A DNA stretch of 64,000 nucleotides from Basidiobolus meristosporus CBS 931.73 (Eukaryota > Fungi > Basidiobolomycota). Both the position numbers and the translations under genes were made by a program. The notes under the pieces were generated by a model, which did not search any database, was not told the DNA's origin, and saw only the letters and a list, made by a program, of their open reading frames with translations. Location of the stretch: assembly GCA_002104905.1 (NCBI GenBank), contig MCFE01000121.1, positions 97,867 to 161,866 on the forward strand, read 5' to 3'. Shown here in pieces: positions 1 to 12,207 of this stretch (its first letter is position 1; each line of letters starts with the position of its first letter).

Positions 1-205
1 GATAGACTTATTGATTAAAAGTATGGTATTTATATTTTTTGTAAAGTTGAGCAATCAAATGTATAGAGTTTGTTAAGGAAGGTCCCAACCATATGTGTGC
101 AAAGTTTGGGGGCTTTGGACAACTTTGAGAAAGATCATAATCTGGGTACCTGATAGTTTGGTAAGAATATTCTAAGTAAATCCCAACCAGAAATCTGGTC
201 AGGAG
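1..205 (-). repeat. Copia-family LTR fragment (reverse orientation), truncated by window start
   Basis: Reverse complement matches the LTR at 8570/8788 (gggatttacttagaatatt...caggtacccag...ccccaaactttgcacacat). Confidence 0.8.
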
Positions 206-239
206 AGAATGCTAATCAAAGAGTAAGATCTCTGTGACT

Positions 240-1105
240 AAGCTAGCATGAGTATTTTGGTGATAACCTAATAAATACAACAATGGCAATGAGAGTACAG
301 CACACAGACTGTACAATACCAAAGCAAAGAAGCTGATCAAGTCCAGGGATGTGTTTGACAAAACTCAAAATTTTCACAAAGAGTGATATCAAATAGTGAC
401 AAAAATGAAGACAAAAATTTTGTCTAAAGTCCATCAATTGCCAGGATTGAATCAGAGCAAAACAATGAAAAATTTTTCACTCCAGAGGACTCTTCAACCA
501 TGGTTCAGCCTGAAGGAGTGCCCAGGAATATCCCAAAAGTGATCATTCTAGTATTAAATACCAGGAGATCTAGCCAGACAAGAAATAGCACAAATGATTA
601 TATCAATGTGGGTACAAATTTGGTCTATGCCTATTCAGTCCATGGTGATCAGCCCCAGACTGTAAAAGAGACCCTAAATAGCCCTCCAAATAAGTTCTGG
701 AGATCTGCAATGACTGAGGATTATCAGATTCTGATGGAAAAGCAGACTTGGGACTTGGTCAACTTAACTGCAACTAAATATCAGTTAGATGCAGATGGGA
801 CTTCAAGACAATATACTAGGCTGATGGTACAGTTGAAAGATGCAAAGCAGGACTTGTGTCCAAAGAATACTTTCAAATAAAAGGACTTGACTATACTAAG
901 CCCTTTGCACCAGTAGCCAAGCTTAATTCCATAGGATAAATGTTGGTTATTGCAGCCAAATTTGAGTTTTTTATACATCAAATAGATGTAAATCTGCAAT
1001 TTTGCATGAGGAACCTGATGAGGACATGTGCATGGACCAGCCTGATGGGTTATTTGACCAAAATAACCCCCATTTGGTGAGCCAACACAAAAAATCTCTA
1101 TAAGG
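240..1105 (+). mobile_element. Degenerate Ty1/copia pol fragment (integrase C-terminus to RT); resumes at 4229-4303 after the Ty3 insertion
   Basis: Colinear similarity to copia pol at ~6600-7500 (e.g. ccatggttcagcctgaag...). The RT motif SLYGLKQSP is split across the 1105/4229 junction. Confidence 0.85.
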
Positions 1106-4100
1106 TGTTATGTATAGACACAGGGCAGGAGAGTATAGCTAGGCAAGGCAGGACCAGGAAAGGACTTAGGTGTGGATCAACAAGGCAAGGTGGATTTCCA
1201 TAGGTGATGACAAAGTTAAAACTGGACAGGAAGAGGGACCATCTGGCTTGTCTCTGGTTTAGTACTTTTGAGGTGGTAAAGTACTTAAGGTTCTTGTGGT
1301 CACAGAAGATCTTTATCTTTTGGGCTGCACCGTCAAGGTAGTGTCTCCATTGCTCAAAGGCAACAATGATTGCAAGTAGTTCCTTATCATAGATATCATA
1401 ATTTACTTCAGCTGGAGTAAATATCCAGGAGTAGAATGCAATGGGGTGTTGTAAATTCTTGTCATTGTACTGGGAAAGGATTGCACCAAGTGCAAAGTCA
1501 GTGGCATCAGTTTCTATGATGAAAGGTTTCTCAAGGTCAGGGTGAGCAAGCAGGGGAGCATATAGGAAGGATTTCTTGATGGAATTAAAGGACTTGGACT
1601 GTTCCTCATTCCAGGCAAAGGGCAGACTCTTCTGGGTGAGCTTTGTCAAGGGTGTGACTATTGTGGAGTAGTTGGTAATAAATCTACAATAGAAGTTGGC
1701 AAATCCAAGGAAGGACTGTACTTCTTTTACAGAACAGGGAGTTTTCCACAACTGGATGGCTTCTACTTTCCTGGGGTCCATTCTTGTTCCATTTGAGCTG
1801 ATAAGATAACCTAAGAACTCAACTTCTTTCTGGTCAAACTCACATTTCTCCAATTTGGCATAGAGGCCAGCAGTGTCAAGTTTGGTCAAGACTTTCTTGA
1901 CATGGGAATTATGTTCTTCTTGTGTCTTAGAGTAGATCAAGATGTCATCAAGGTAGATAACCACAAATTGGTCAAGGTATTCTTGGAAGATGTCATTCAT
2001 CAGGTGTTGAAAGACCACTGGGGCATTGGTGAGACTAAATGGCATAACTTTATACTCAAAATGACTGTATTTTGTTCTCAATGCAGTTTTCCATTCATCA
2101 CCAGGCTTGATCCTGACCAGGTTATATGCTCCTCTGAGGTCAATCTTAGTAAATACATTGGCAGCAGAGAGTTGATCCAACAGGGTGTTGATCTAGGGTA
2201 AAGGGTACCGGTTCTTGATTGTGATCTTATTCAGTGCACAGTAGTCTACACACATTTCTAGGGTACCATCCTTTTTTTTGACAAAGAGGATTGGGGCACC
2301 AGCTGGGGACTTAGAGTGCTGAATAAAACCTTTCTGGAGGCTTTCTTGAATATAGCCATGGAGTTCTTTCAACTCAGGTTGCAAGAGGTTGTAAATAAGA
2401 CCAAAAGGTGGGGTGTTTCCTTCTTCAAGGTCAATGGGACAATCATAGGATCTATGGGCTGGGAGTAGTTTGGCTTTCTTCTTGTCAAAGACATGGGCAA
2501 ACTCTTGATACTTGGCAGGTATTCCATTGAAGGGGGTTCCTGCAGTGATGATGAGCTCCTGTGTCTGGGGTAGCTTAGGAAAGGATACTTCTTTACCTGA
2601 AAAATCAGGTGGTTTCATGGAGTTGACATGGTGGATTCTGGGGAATGTCAGGATTTTGGTCTTCCAGTTGATAGCTGGGTTATGGTGACTAAGCCATGAG
2701 CTTCCAAGGACTATGGAGTAATGGGGAGAGTTGATAATGTTGAAGGCTAGTGTCTTATGGTGACCAGTACTGGACAGCTGGAGTGGACAGGTCTCATGGG
2801 TAACAGCACCAGAAGAGAGGGACATTCCATCAATAACCTCTACTTGGACAGGACAGGATTTCAAGGTAGCAGTTCTGGCTTGGTCAATGTTGCCAAATGT
2901 TAGCTCTATTTCTGTGAGGAAGGCATGGTAGTTGCTGAGTAGAGGGGAGTTGGTTTCCATCAAAGGGGAGAATCATTTCTGGGCAGTTCCAGTCAGCAGG
3001 TAAGAGATATAACCAACTTTTGCTTGATCTGTTGGGAACCAATTGGGTTGTAGTGACAAGTGGTGTTTCACTACATTGATGAAACCTTGGAATTCATTCT
3101 GGGAGCCACTAAACTTGGTAGTGGAAGTGATCTTGGGATCATGGTAGGAGGGAGCCTGGATAGGCTGTTGAGCATTTTGGCTCTGGAGTTGAGCAACAGA
3201 GTTTCTGAGGTCTGCATTGTCTTGTTGCAGCTGGGCAAAGGCAGCCATGAGACTTGCAAAATTATACTCTGGGCTGGACATGTCATGGTAGCAGGAGGCA
3301 GAGAAGTCTCTTGGACTTGTTCAGGAATACTGGATATTCCTAGCTAATTTGTGGGTTATAAAGCCACTAGTTTGTCAAGAATACAATTATTGAGCCACAA
3401 TCCCCAACTTTGAATAAGTTAGCATCACTTCAGAAGGTACTGGCTTTAACATCCTTTGATAGAGTATTATACTAAAGCTTCCAATACTGTAACAACTGTA
3501 AACTACACCAGCAGGGTAATAAATTGAATGCAGCTTTGGCCAATAATCATACAAAGATAAAGTATCTTTGCCTTTAGAGGACACAACTAGGGAAAGATTC
3601 AGGGTGATACTTACGGTAGGTATTTCTTTACAAGTTCTTCTCAAGAACTTTGGGTAGAAGGCAGAGATTCACAGGTAAGTCAGGGGCAGTCTGATAAAAC
3701 TATTATGAATAGCCACAAGGCAGGAGAGTAAAGCTAGGCAAGGCAGGACCAGGAAAGGACTTAGGTGTGGATCAACAAGGCAAGGTGGATTTCCAAGGCA
3801 AGGCTGTTTATTCAAGACCTGTGTTTATCAGACTGAGGAATACATAAGGGGGGATAGGACTATATACACTTTTTGGCAATATGGATGCCAAGAGATATTG
3901 GCTAATACTGATGGGGTTCTGGGGTGATGCACAATAGGTGTGCCAAGATAGAATATACTAAAGAACAGACTGGAATATCACATGGAGATATGTCAGGGGT
4001 CAGCTGATTGTGTGACTAGGTCATGTGACATGTAGTTACCATACATGGCATGGGACTACATAGACTCTAATGGGAAGCTTCCATAGAATGTTCCATTGTG

Positions 4101-4228
4101 CAACATTGACTTGGAGCTTTCAAGAAGTTGCTAGAATGTAGTAGAACTTTCCAGAAGGAACTGGAATTTCTTCACTGACTTGACTTGGCTAGATAATTGG
4201 AGACCAGGGATGTCATGTGATCATGACA
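1106..4228 (-). mobile_element. Ty3/gypsy LTR retrotransposon, internally deleted (gag, protease, RT, RNase H; integrase and most of the 3' LTR missing)
   Basis: 5' LTR 4228-3701; gag-like ORF 3281-2973; protease/early RT 2963-2193; RT-RNase H 2180-1203 (KIDLRGAYNL, YLDDILIYS, TDATDFALGAIL); 3' LTR remnant 1203-1106; 5-bp TSD TAAGG at 1101-1105 and 4229-4233. Confidence 0.92.
3687..3698 (-). promoter_or_regulatory. Self-priming primer-binding site (Tf1-type) of the Ty3 element
   Basis: Minus-strand TTTATCAGACTG, 2 nt past the 5' LTR end, is a perfect 12-nt complement of CAGTCTGATAAA at 3835-3824 inside the LTR, ~30 nt downstream of a TATATA. Confidence 0.7.
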
Positions 4229-4651
4229 TAAGGTCTCAAACAATCACCAAGTGCCTGGAATTGAAAGATAGATTCATATCTATATACTGCTGACTGCAGT
4301 ATATATTGCAAGAACTTGTAATTCCACCTGAGTATTCACCTAGAATAGTCACTTAGAGCATTACCTCCAAATTGTAGGGAGTACTGACAAAAATGCTTGT
4401 TAGAATTTACTTAGAATATTTTCAGCAAAATATCAGGTACCCAGAACAGGAAGATTCTTAGGGTTGTTCAAACAGCCCCAAGCTTTGCACACATGTTCCT
4501 GGGACCTTTCTAAATCTATTTTACAGGTTTGTCTTGCCAATACCATGTGAAAGTATAAGCACTACTTTTACATTTAATAAATCATTAAGTCAAACCACAA
4601 AATCTACTTGTCCTCCCAATCACTTCCAATATCTCCAAGACTCTTACAACA

Positions 4652-4663
4652 GGTTATGAGCCC
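4652..4663 (+). promoter_or_regulatory. Copia PBS complementary to the anticodon arm of initiator tRNA-Met (half-tRNA priming); identical site at 51095-51106
   Basis: GGTTATGAGCCC directly follows the LTR end ...TACAACA and is the reverse complement of GGGCUCAUAACC in fungal tRNAiMet. The gag ATG lies inside it. Confidence 0.85.
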
Positions 4664-5756
4664 CAAGCTGTCACTCTCTGCAATGTCTACTACTGCTGTT
4701 ACTGGAATCTTTCCCTCTGCTGAAAAGTTGGATGAATCTAACTACCAAGTTTGGAAGGTGACAATGAAGATGCTGCTACAAGAAAGAGGCCTTTGAGATA
4801 CTCTCACAGGAGAAGAATGCCCTCCTAAAAGCATGGGAGAGGAAGCCTTTAAGTACCAGAAGAAAGTACAAAGTGCCTATTGCTGCATTTGCCTTAGTGT
4901 CAACAACAAATTGTAAATTCAATGCACAAGAGCAAAAACAACAAAGAGTTCCTGGAAGGCATTAGAAGATCCCTACCAGTCATGTTCAGCTGCCAAGAAA
5001 ATGTATCTTAGACAAGAATTACTTACTACAAAGATGCAGCCAGGTGAAGAAATGAAGAATCTAATTAACAGAAATATGCTGCTGGTGGATGAGATGGGAT
5101 CTGTGGGCTTACCAACTACTGATAGGGATGTGATAGTAACCATCCTGAATAACCTGAAAGACAGGCTTCAGAGCCTTGTGTCAGCCCTAGAGTCCAGAAC
5201 TGAAGATTTGACCCTACATTATGTATATAGAAGGCTCCTGGATGAAGAATTAAGAAAATCAAGTGCAAATAAGAAGGAAGAGGAAAATGCTTTAATAAGC
5301 AACAATAACCAACAAAGAAGATACCCAAGACCTTACAAAGGCAACAGCAACTTGTCTTGCAGCTACTGCAAAAGGAAAGGACACATATCATACCAGTGCT
5401 TCAGAAAGAGAGATAATCAGCAAAAGAAGCCTGAATATGGAAATGCTGCAACAACTGAAGATAGACTATTCCCATCTGCACTAAATATGACCACAAACAA
5501 GAATTTGCAGATATGGTATACTGGCTCTGGATTATCTCAACACTTTACATACCAAAAAGAACTTTTTACCAAATATCAATAGACTCCTATTAAGGAGGTT
5601 TTCATGTGTAACAATAGAACACTCAATGTAGTGGGAGAAGGAACTATTCAAGTAAGCCTTAGAAGCAGTGAAGGAAGCCATACACTGTCCTTAAAAGAAG
5701 TACTTTATGTACCAGAATAGCCAAGAACCTAATATGTGTAAGCAAGGCCACAGCAG

Positions 5757-6081
5757 ATGACCTGGTCACATGATCAGTCAACCCCTGACATATTTCCATG
5801 TGATACCCTAGTTTGTTCTTTAGTATATTTTTATCTTGGCACCCTTACTGTGCCGCACCACAGAACCCCATCAGTATTAGCCAATATCTCTTGGCATCCA
5901 CGTTGCCAAAAAGTATATTTAGTCCTATCCCCCCTTATGTATTCCTCAGTTTGATAAACACAGGTCTTGAATAAACACCCTTGCCTTGGAAATCCACCTT
6001 GCCTTGTTGATCTACACCTAAGTCCTTTCCTGGTCCTGCCTTGCCTAGCCCTACTCTCCTGCCTTGTGTCTATTCATAACA
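5757..6081 (+). repeat. 3' part of the Ty3 LTR (same family as 3701-4228, opposite orientation) lodged in copia pol
   Basis: Reverse complement of ~3701-4030; ends ...ctattcataaca. Copia integrase resumes immediately after. Confidence 0.85.
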
Positions 6082-8787
6082 TAGGTAGGATGAAGTATTT
6101 AATCACTGCTGTTGATGATAATACAAGATACATGTGCATCTACTTCATGGAGAGAAAGGAAGAAGCTCTGTCTAAGTTCAGTGAACTCAAAGCCAGGGTA
6201 GAGAGAGAAACTGATGAAAAAATCAACAAAATATGCTCTGACAATTGTGGAGAATATATACTCAGAACCTTTCATCCACTTCTGCAAAGTTCATGGGATA
6301 AAGCACCAGACTACTGTACTATACTCCCCTCAGCAAATGGAGTAGCAGAATGTGCAAACTGTTCAGTAATGGATATGGCAAGATCTATGATCCATGTTCA
6401 AGAATTATCCTATGATATTTGGGTGGAATGAGTTGCCACAGCTGTACACCTCAAAAATAGGAGTTATAACAGAATACTTTGTGATTCTACTCCATTTGCA
6501 GTATGGTATGGATACAGACCAAGTGCAGAACATCTAAGAATATTTGGGTGCAGAGCAATTGCTAGGAAACTGAACTGAAGCCAGTCAATATTTGAGCCAA
6601 AAAGTGTAAGAGGCATATTCTTGGACTACTGCAATGAGAGTGAAGCATACAGACTCTACAATACCAAAGCAAAGAAGCTAATCAAGTCCAGGGATGTGTT
6701 GTCTGATGAGAATTCAGAATTTTCACAAAAATTGACATCAGATGATGACAAAAATCTGACCTGAATTCCACCAATTGTCAGGATTAAATCAGAGCAAGAC
6801 AATGAGAATTTTCTCACTCCAGTGGACTCTACAACCATGGTTCAGCCTGAAGCAGTGCCTAGGAATATTGCAGAAGTGATTACTCCTGTATCATATGCCT
6901 AGAGATCTAACCAGACAAGAAATAGTCCAAATTACCATATCAATGAGGGCACCAACATAGCCTATGCCAATTCAGTCCATATTGATGAGCTCCAGACTGT
7001 AAAAGAGGCCCTAAATAGCCCTCAGACAAGGTTTTGGAGATCTGCAATGACTGAGGAATATCAGGCCTTGATGGAAAATCAAACTTGGGACTTAGTCAAA
7101 TTACCCATCAACCAAATATAAATTAGATGCAGATGGGACTTCAAGACTAAATACATGGCTGATGGTACAATTGAAAGATACAAAGCAAGACTTGTGTCCA
7201 AAGGATACTCTCAAATAAAAGGACTTGACTATACTGAGACCTTTGTACCAGTAGCCAAGTTTAATTCCATCAGATTAACATTGGCTATTGCTGCCAAATA
7301 AAAGTATTTTATACATCAAGTGGATGTAAAAACTGCATTCTTGAGTGGAGGACTTGATGAGGATGTGTATATGGACCAGCTGGATGGGTTTGCAGACCAA
7401 GATAACTCCCATTTTTTCTGCAAGCTTAAAAGGTCTCTATGTGGACTCAAATAATCACCAAAAGCCTGGAATTGCAAAATATATTCCTATATGGAATCTT
7501 TGAGTTTCAAAAGGAGTAATGCTGACTATAGTATATATTATAAGCCCAATAGAGCAAATCCCATTCTATTAGCTCTATATGTAGATGATCTTATTAAAGC
7601 TACTAATAATCTCAAAACATTAGAAGAGACTAAATCCAGCCTATCTAAAGAGTTTAAGATGTCCAATCTAGGAGAACTCAGTTACTACTTGGGGATAAAG
7701 TTCTCCATTGACAGAAGTACCCAGACCATTACCCAAAGCCAACTCAAGGATATTCAAGATATACTAAAGAAGTACCAAATGGAAGACTGTAAACCAGCAG
7801 CTACCCCAATGGAGGCAATCCTTAACTTAGTCAAAACTCAACCAAATCAAGAGAGCTTGGTGCCATCTGCAAGCCCCAACTTTCCTTATCAATCTATGGT
7901 CATCAGTATGATGTATATCACACTTGGAACATGTCCAGATATCTCATATTCAGTGGGAGTTGTCAGCCAGTATAATCAGAACTATGGATCTGATCATATT
8001 GCAGTAGTTAAGTGGATTTTTAAATACTTAAAAGGAACTGCTGATATCTGCTTAAGATATATTTATAGGGACTCAGAACAGGATCTTGTGGGATACTCTG
8101 ATGCTGATTGGGTACAAAATTTGGAAGACAGAAGATCCACCACAGAATACACCTTTCTTTGCTGTAAAGGAGCAATTTCATGGAACTCAAGAAAGCAACC
8201 AACTGTGGCTCTTTCTACCACAGAGGCAGAGTATATGGCAGTCTGTGAAGCTACAAAAAAGCAATGTGGTTAAGAAAGCTTCTTACAGATTTAGGCCTAT
8301 GTCAAAAATTGCCTATTACCATATTTCAAGATATTCAAGGATATATACAATTAGGTAGAAATCCAACTTTTCATGCTAGAACCAAGCACATAGATATTAG
8401 ACATCATTTTATATGTGAAGCCATAGAAAAGTAACTTAGTTAGCTTAGTTTACTGTTCTACAGATGAAATGATTGCAGACATATTTACCAAACCATTAGC
8501 TAGAGACAAGTTTGAATATTTTAGGTCAAAATCAGAACTAGTCAGTATGAACATTTAGCTGAGTGGGAGTGTTGTAAAAACTTGTATTTCCACCTAAATA
8601 TTCACCTAACTTAGTCACTTAGATCATCACCTTCAAATCCTAGAGAATACTGACCAAGTTCCTTGTTGGGATTTACTTAGAATATTTTCACCAAAATACC
8701 AGGTACCCAGAGCATGAAAATTCTCAAAGTTGTCCAAACAGCCCCAAACTTTGCACACATGCTCTTGAGACCTTCCTTAGCCTATTC

Positions 8788-9137
8788 TGTTGTAAAAATT
8801 TGGAATTCCACCTAAATATTCACCTAACTTAGTCACTTAGATCATCACCTTCAAATCCTAGAGAATACTGACCAAATTCCTTGTCAGGATTTACTTAGAA
8901 TATTTTTCACCAAAATACCAGGTACCCAGAACATGAAAATTTGATAAGTTGTCCAAACAGCCCCAAACTTTGAACACATGTTCTTGGGACCTTCCTTAAC
9001 CTATTCTACGTGTTTGTAATGCCAAGACCAGGTAAAAGTATAAATACCACTTTTACATTCAATAAATCATTAAGTGAAAAACACATAATCTACTTGTTCT
9101 CCAAATCACTTCCAATATCTCCAAGACTCTTACAACA
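8788..9137 (+). repeat. Solo copia LTR (350 bp) inserted inside the 3' LTR of the same family
   Basis: TGTTGTAA...TTACAACA termini; TSD TATTC at 8783-8787 and 9138-9142. Host LTR halves 8570-8787 and 9143-9273 sum to ~350 bp. Confidence 0.92.
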
Positions 9138-9669
9138 TATTCTACGTGTTTGTTATGCCAAGACCAGGTAAAAGTATAAATATTGCTTTTACATTCAATA
9201 AATCATTAAGTGAAAACCACATAATCTACTTGTTCTCCCAATCACTTCCAATATCTCCAAGACTCCTACAACTAGCAGGGCATTATATTTGGGACTCAAT
9301 CTGGCTAGCAATCCACCAGACACTCCAGGTGGTCCTATGAAAAATCTCAAAGTTGGATTTGATTGGACTTTCAGCTAGTATTTAGATGGTATTCAGATGG
9401 TATTTAAAGGTATTCAGCCAGTGTTTCTGCATTGTATTTTCAGTTGCAATTTTTGGTGGAAGTAATGAGCGGCCAATTACCAAATTTTGCATGGATGCCA
9501 GTTAGCCTAGTCTCCTCTTGGAAAGGATGTCTGCATGACAGCTGTGAAGCTAGCACCTGAGATATTCAGAGTGATCACTTTTGGGAAAGTTGGAGTTCAG
9601 CCAATATGATGATGGTATTCTGCCGGCCTTTTCTTAATTTCTATTCATAGGGTGGAAGCTAGCAGCAGC

Positions 9670-9835
9670 CTTGATGGAGACAAGCCTCCACTTTGACAAA
9701 AATCAACCAGATCCAAAAAGGATGGTGCCACCTGAAAGCTTGGATGTTCATGATCAGTGTGTGATTGGTGGTCCGATGTGCATCATGCTTGGAATCTGTC
9801 CCAATACTTCATATTCAGTGGCAGCCAGTGAGGCG
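9670..9835 (+). mobile_element. Highly degenerate copia RT remnant
   Basis: Resembles 7800-7960 (MCIMLGICPNTSYSV versus MYITLGTCPDISYSV). Confidence 0.55.
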
Positions 9836-10689
9836 GATAGGGCAGATTTCCAGGCGTACTAGAGGTTCCACAGAGCAGGTCATACCAAGTCCCAGGCCGC
9901 TCACCTCCAAAATGACCGATCATCCAGCCAAGATAGTGGACCCCTTACCAGGGGGCTACTGTTGATATCACCACGAGAGGGGCGATCCATACCGGTGGTG
10001 GACAAATCCGCGTCCCATGCCAGGGGACTATCATTGATCATGGGGCCCGTCCATCCCCCTCTCAACCACAAACCTCTCCCCCCCCCCGCCAAATCCAACG
10101 ACGATCAGCAGTGGGATAGCCCAGAGTATGCATGGATCATATGTAGGACGAGCTTACCCGGACACTACATGTCAGGATGCGCAGGTAGGTGCGGACTAGA
10201 CACCAAGACTCTAATCAACGGCCGAAAAGCACCGTCCGCATCAGGCCACCTCCGATTCATCCTTCCCCCCCCTGACTCGCCGCAGGAGCCCCCAGGTGAC
10301 CGGCCACCGGTTTGGCGGACATTCGTGGCCACGAGGACCCAACAAGATATCGTCCAGTCAAACGGATCATGACGCGGTTCGCATTTAGTGGTCCACGCCG
10401 ACCAGCCCCGTGGCCAATACTTCCGTGGGTCATAAGAAAGTGGTGTGCGGTGGGACCAATGGAAAACCCCCCGGATGGGATGAATAAGCCACCGGAGTGA
10501 GTGAGTGAGAGGGGGGGGGGTAGAGAGACCCATGACATCATTGGGAAGGGAAGAGATCCGAGTTCACCTTTGGCCATGGAAGGAAAGATTTATTAAAAAA
10601 AAGCGGTTGGCTAATGCCAAGCGGGGAAAACACACGGTCGGTAACGTACCGTAACGAAACGTAGAGAAAGCAACAAAGTAGGGAGGGTG

Positions 10690-10748
10690 GTGAAGGTGAG
10701 GATCAAGGTCAGGGTCCGGGTGAGGGTGAGGGTGAAGGTGAAGGTGAG
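10690..10748 (+). repeat. GGTGAR hexamer microsatellite just 3' of Rab11
   Basis: ggtgaaggtgag...ggtgagggtgagggtgaaggtgaaggtgag. Confidence 0.6.
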
Positions 10749-10756
10749 AGATTGAT

Positions 10757-11727
<971 letters not shown>

Positions 11728-12207
11728 GTTGGAAAAAGTAAGAAAATAACCAGTCGACTCAGTGTTTATCTAACACAGTGACCATAATTCTACCATAATT
11801 GATGGGACCCAATCACTGAGGTGTACGCGTTTAGTAATCACGATTCCATGACCAGGATCTAAAGAACGGTAAATGAATGGCGGGTTTGTTATGGACTAAT
11901 TAAATTGGATGATTTCTATTCATGTCATCGGTTCAAGTTGCTTGATAAATCACCGGACCAAGTTGCTTAAATCAAGTAATTCCTATTCAGCGAAGTTCTA
12001 TTCTGATCATCCATTTATTCAAATGCCAGTGATGTTCTATGCAGCTATTCAGATGCACCAAAATTCAGCATAAATACTTGCTACCATGATCCGGACAATG
12101 GTGCAACAAGGCTATTTAATTGTGGGTAATGCTTCGTCGGGAAGATAAGGTTAGTTGGGGAGGCGGGAGCAGTGGTGGTGACAAAAGGAAATGATCGATG
12201 CTATTCC

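Larger units (their letters stand above)
4304..9273 (+). mobile_element. Ty1/copia LTR retrotransposon, near full length, pseudogenised
   Basis: 5' LTR 4304-4651; PBS GGTTATGAGCCC; gag (KLDESNYQVWK, CSYCKRKGHISYQC knuckle); integrase (YLITAVDDNTRY, SDNCGEY); RT/RNase H (LALYVDDLI, VGYSDADW, KQPTVALSTTEAEY); PPT GAGTGGGAG; 3' LTR from 8570. Many stops and frameshifts; no matching TSD. Confidence 0.93.

Noticed and set aside
8570-9273. Repeated LTR segments as a possible CRISPR or tandem array
   Set aside because: Fully explained by a nested LTR with a 5-bp TSD; eukaryotic context; no repeat-spacer periodicity anywhere in the window.
1-9800. Classical Neurospora-type RIP
   Set aside because: CpA/TpG are plentiful and the loss is CpG-specific, although a few CAA>TAA and TGG>TGA stops exist.
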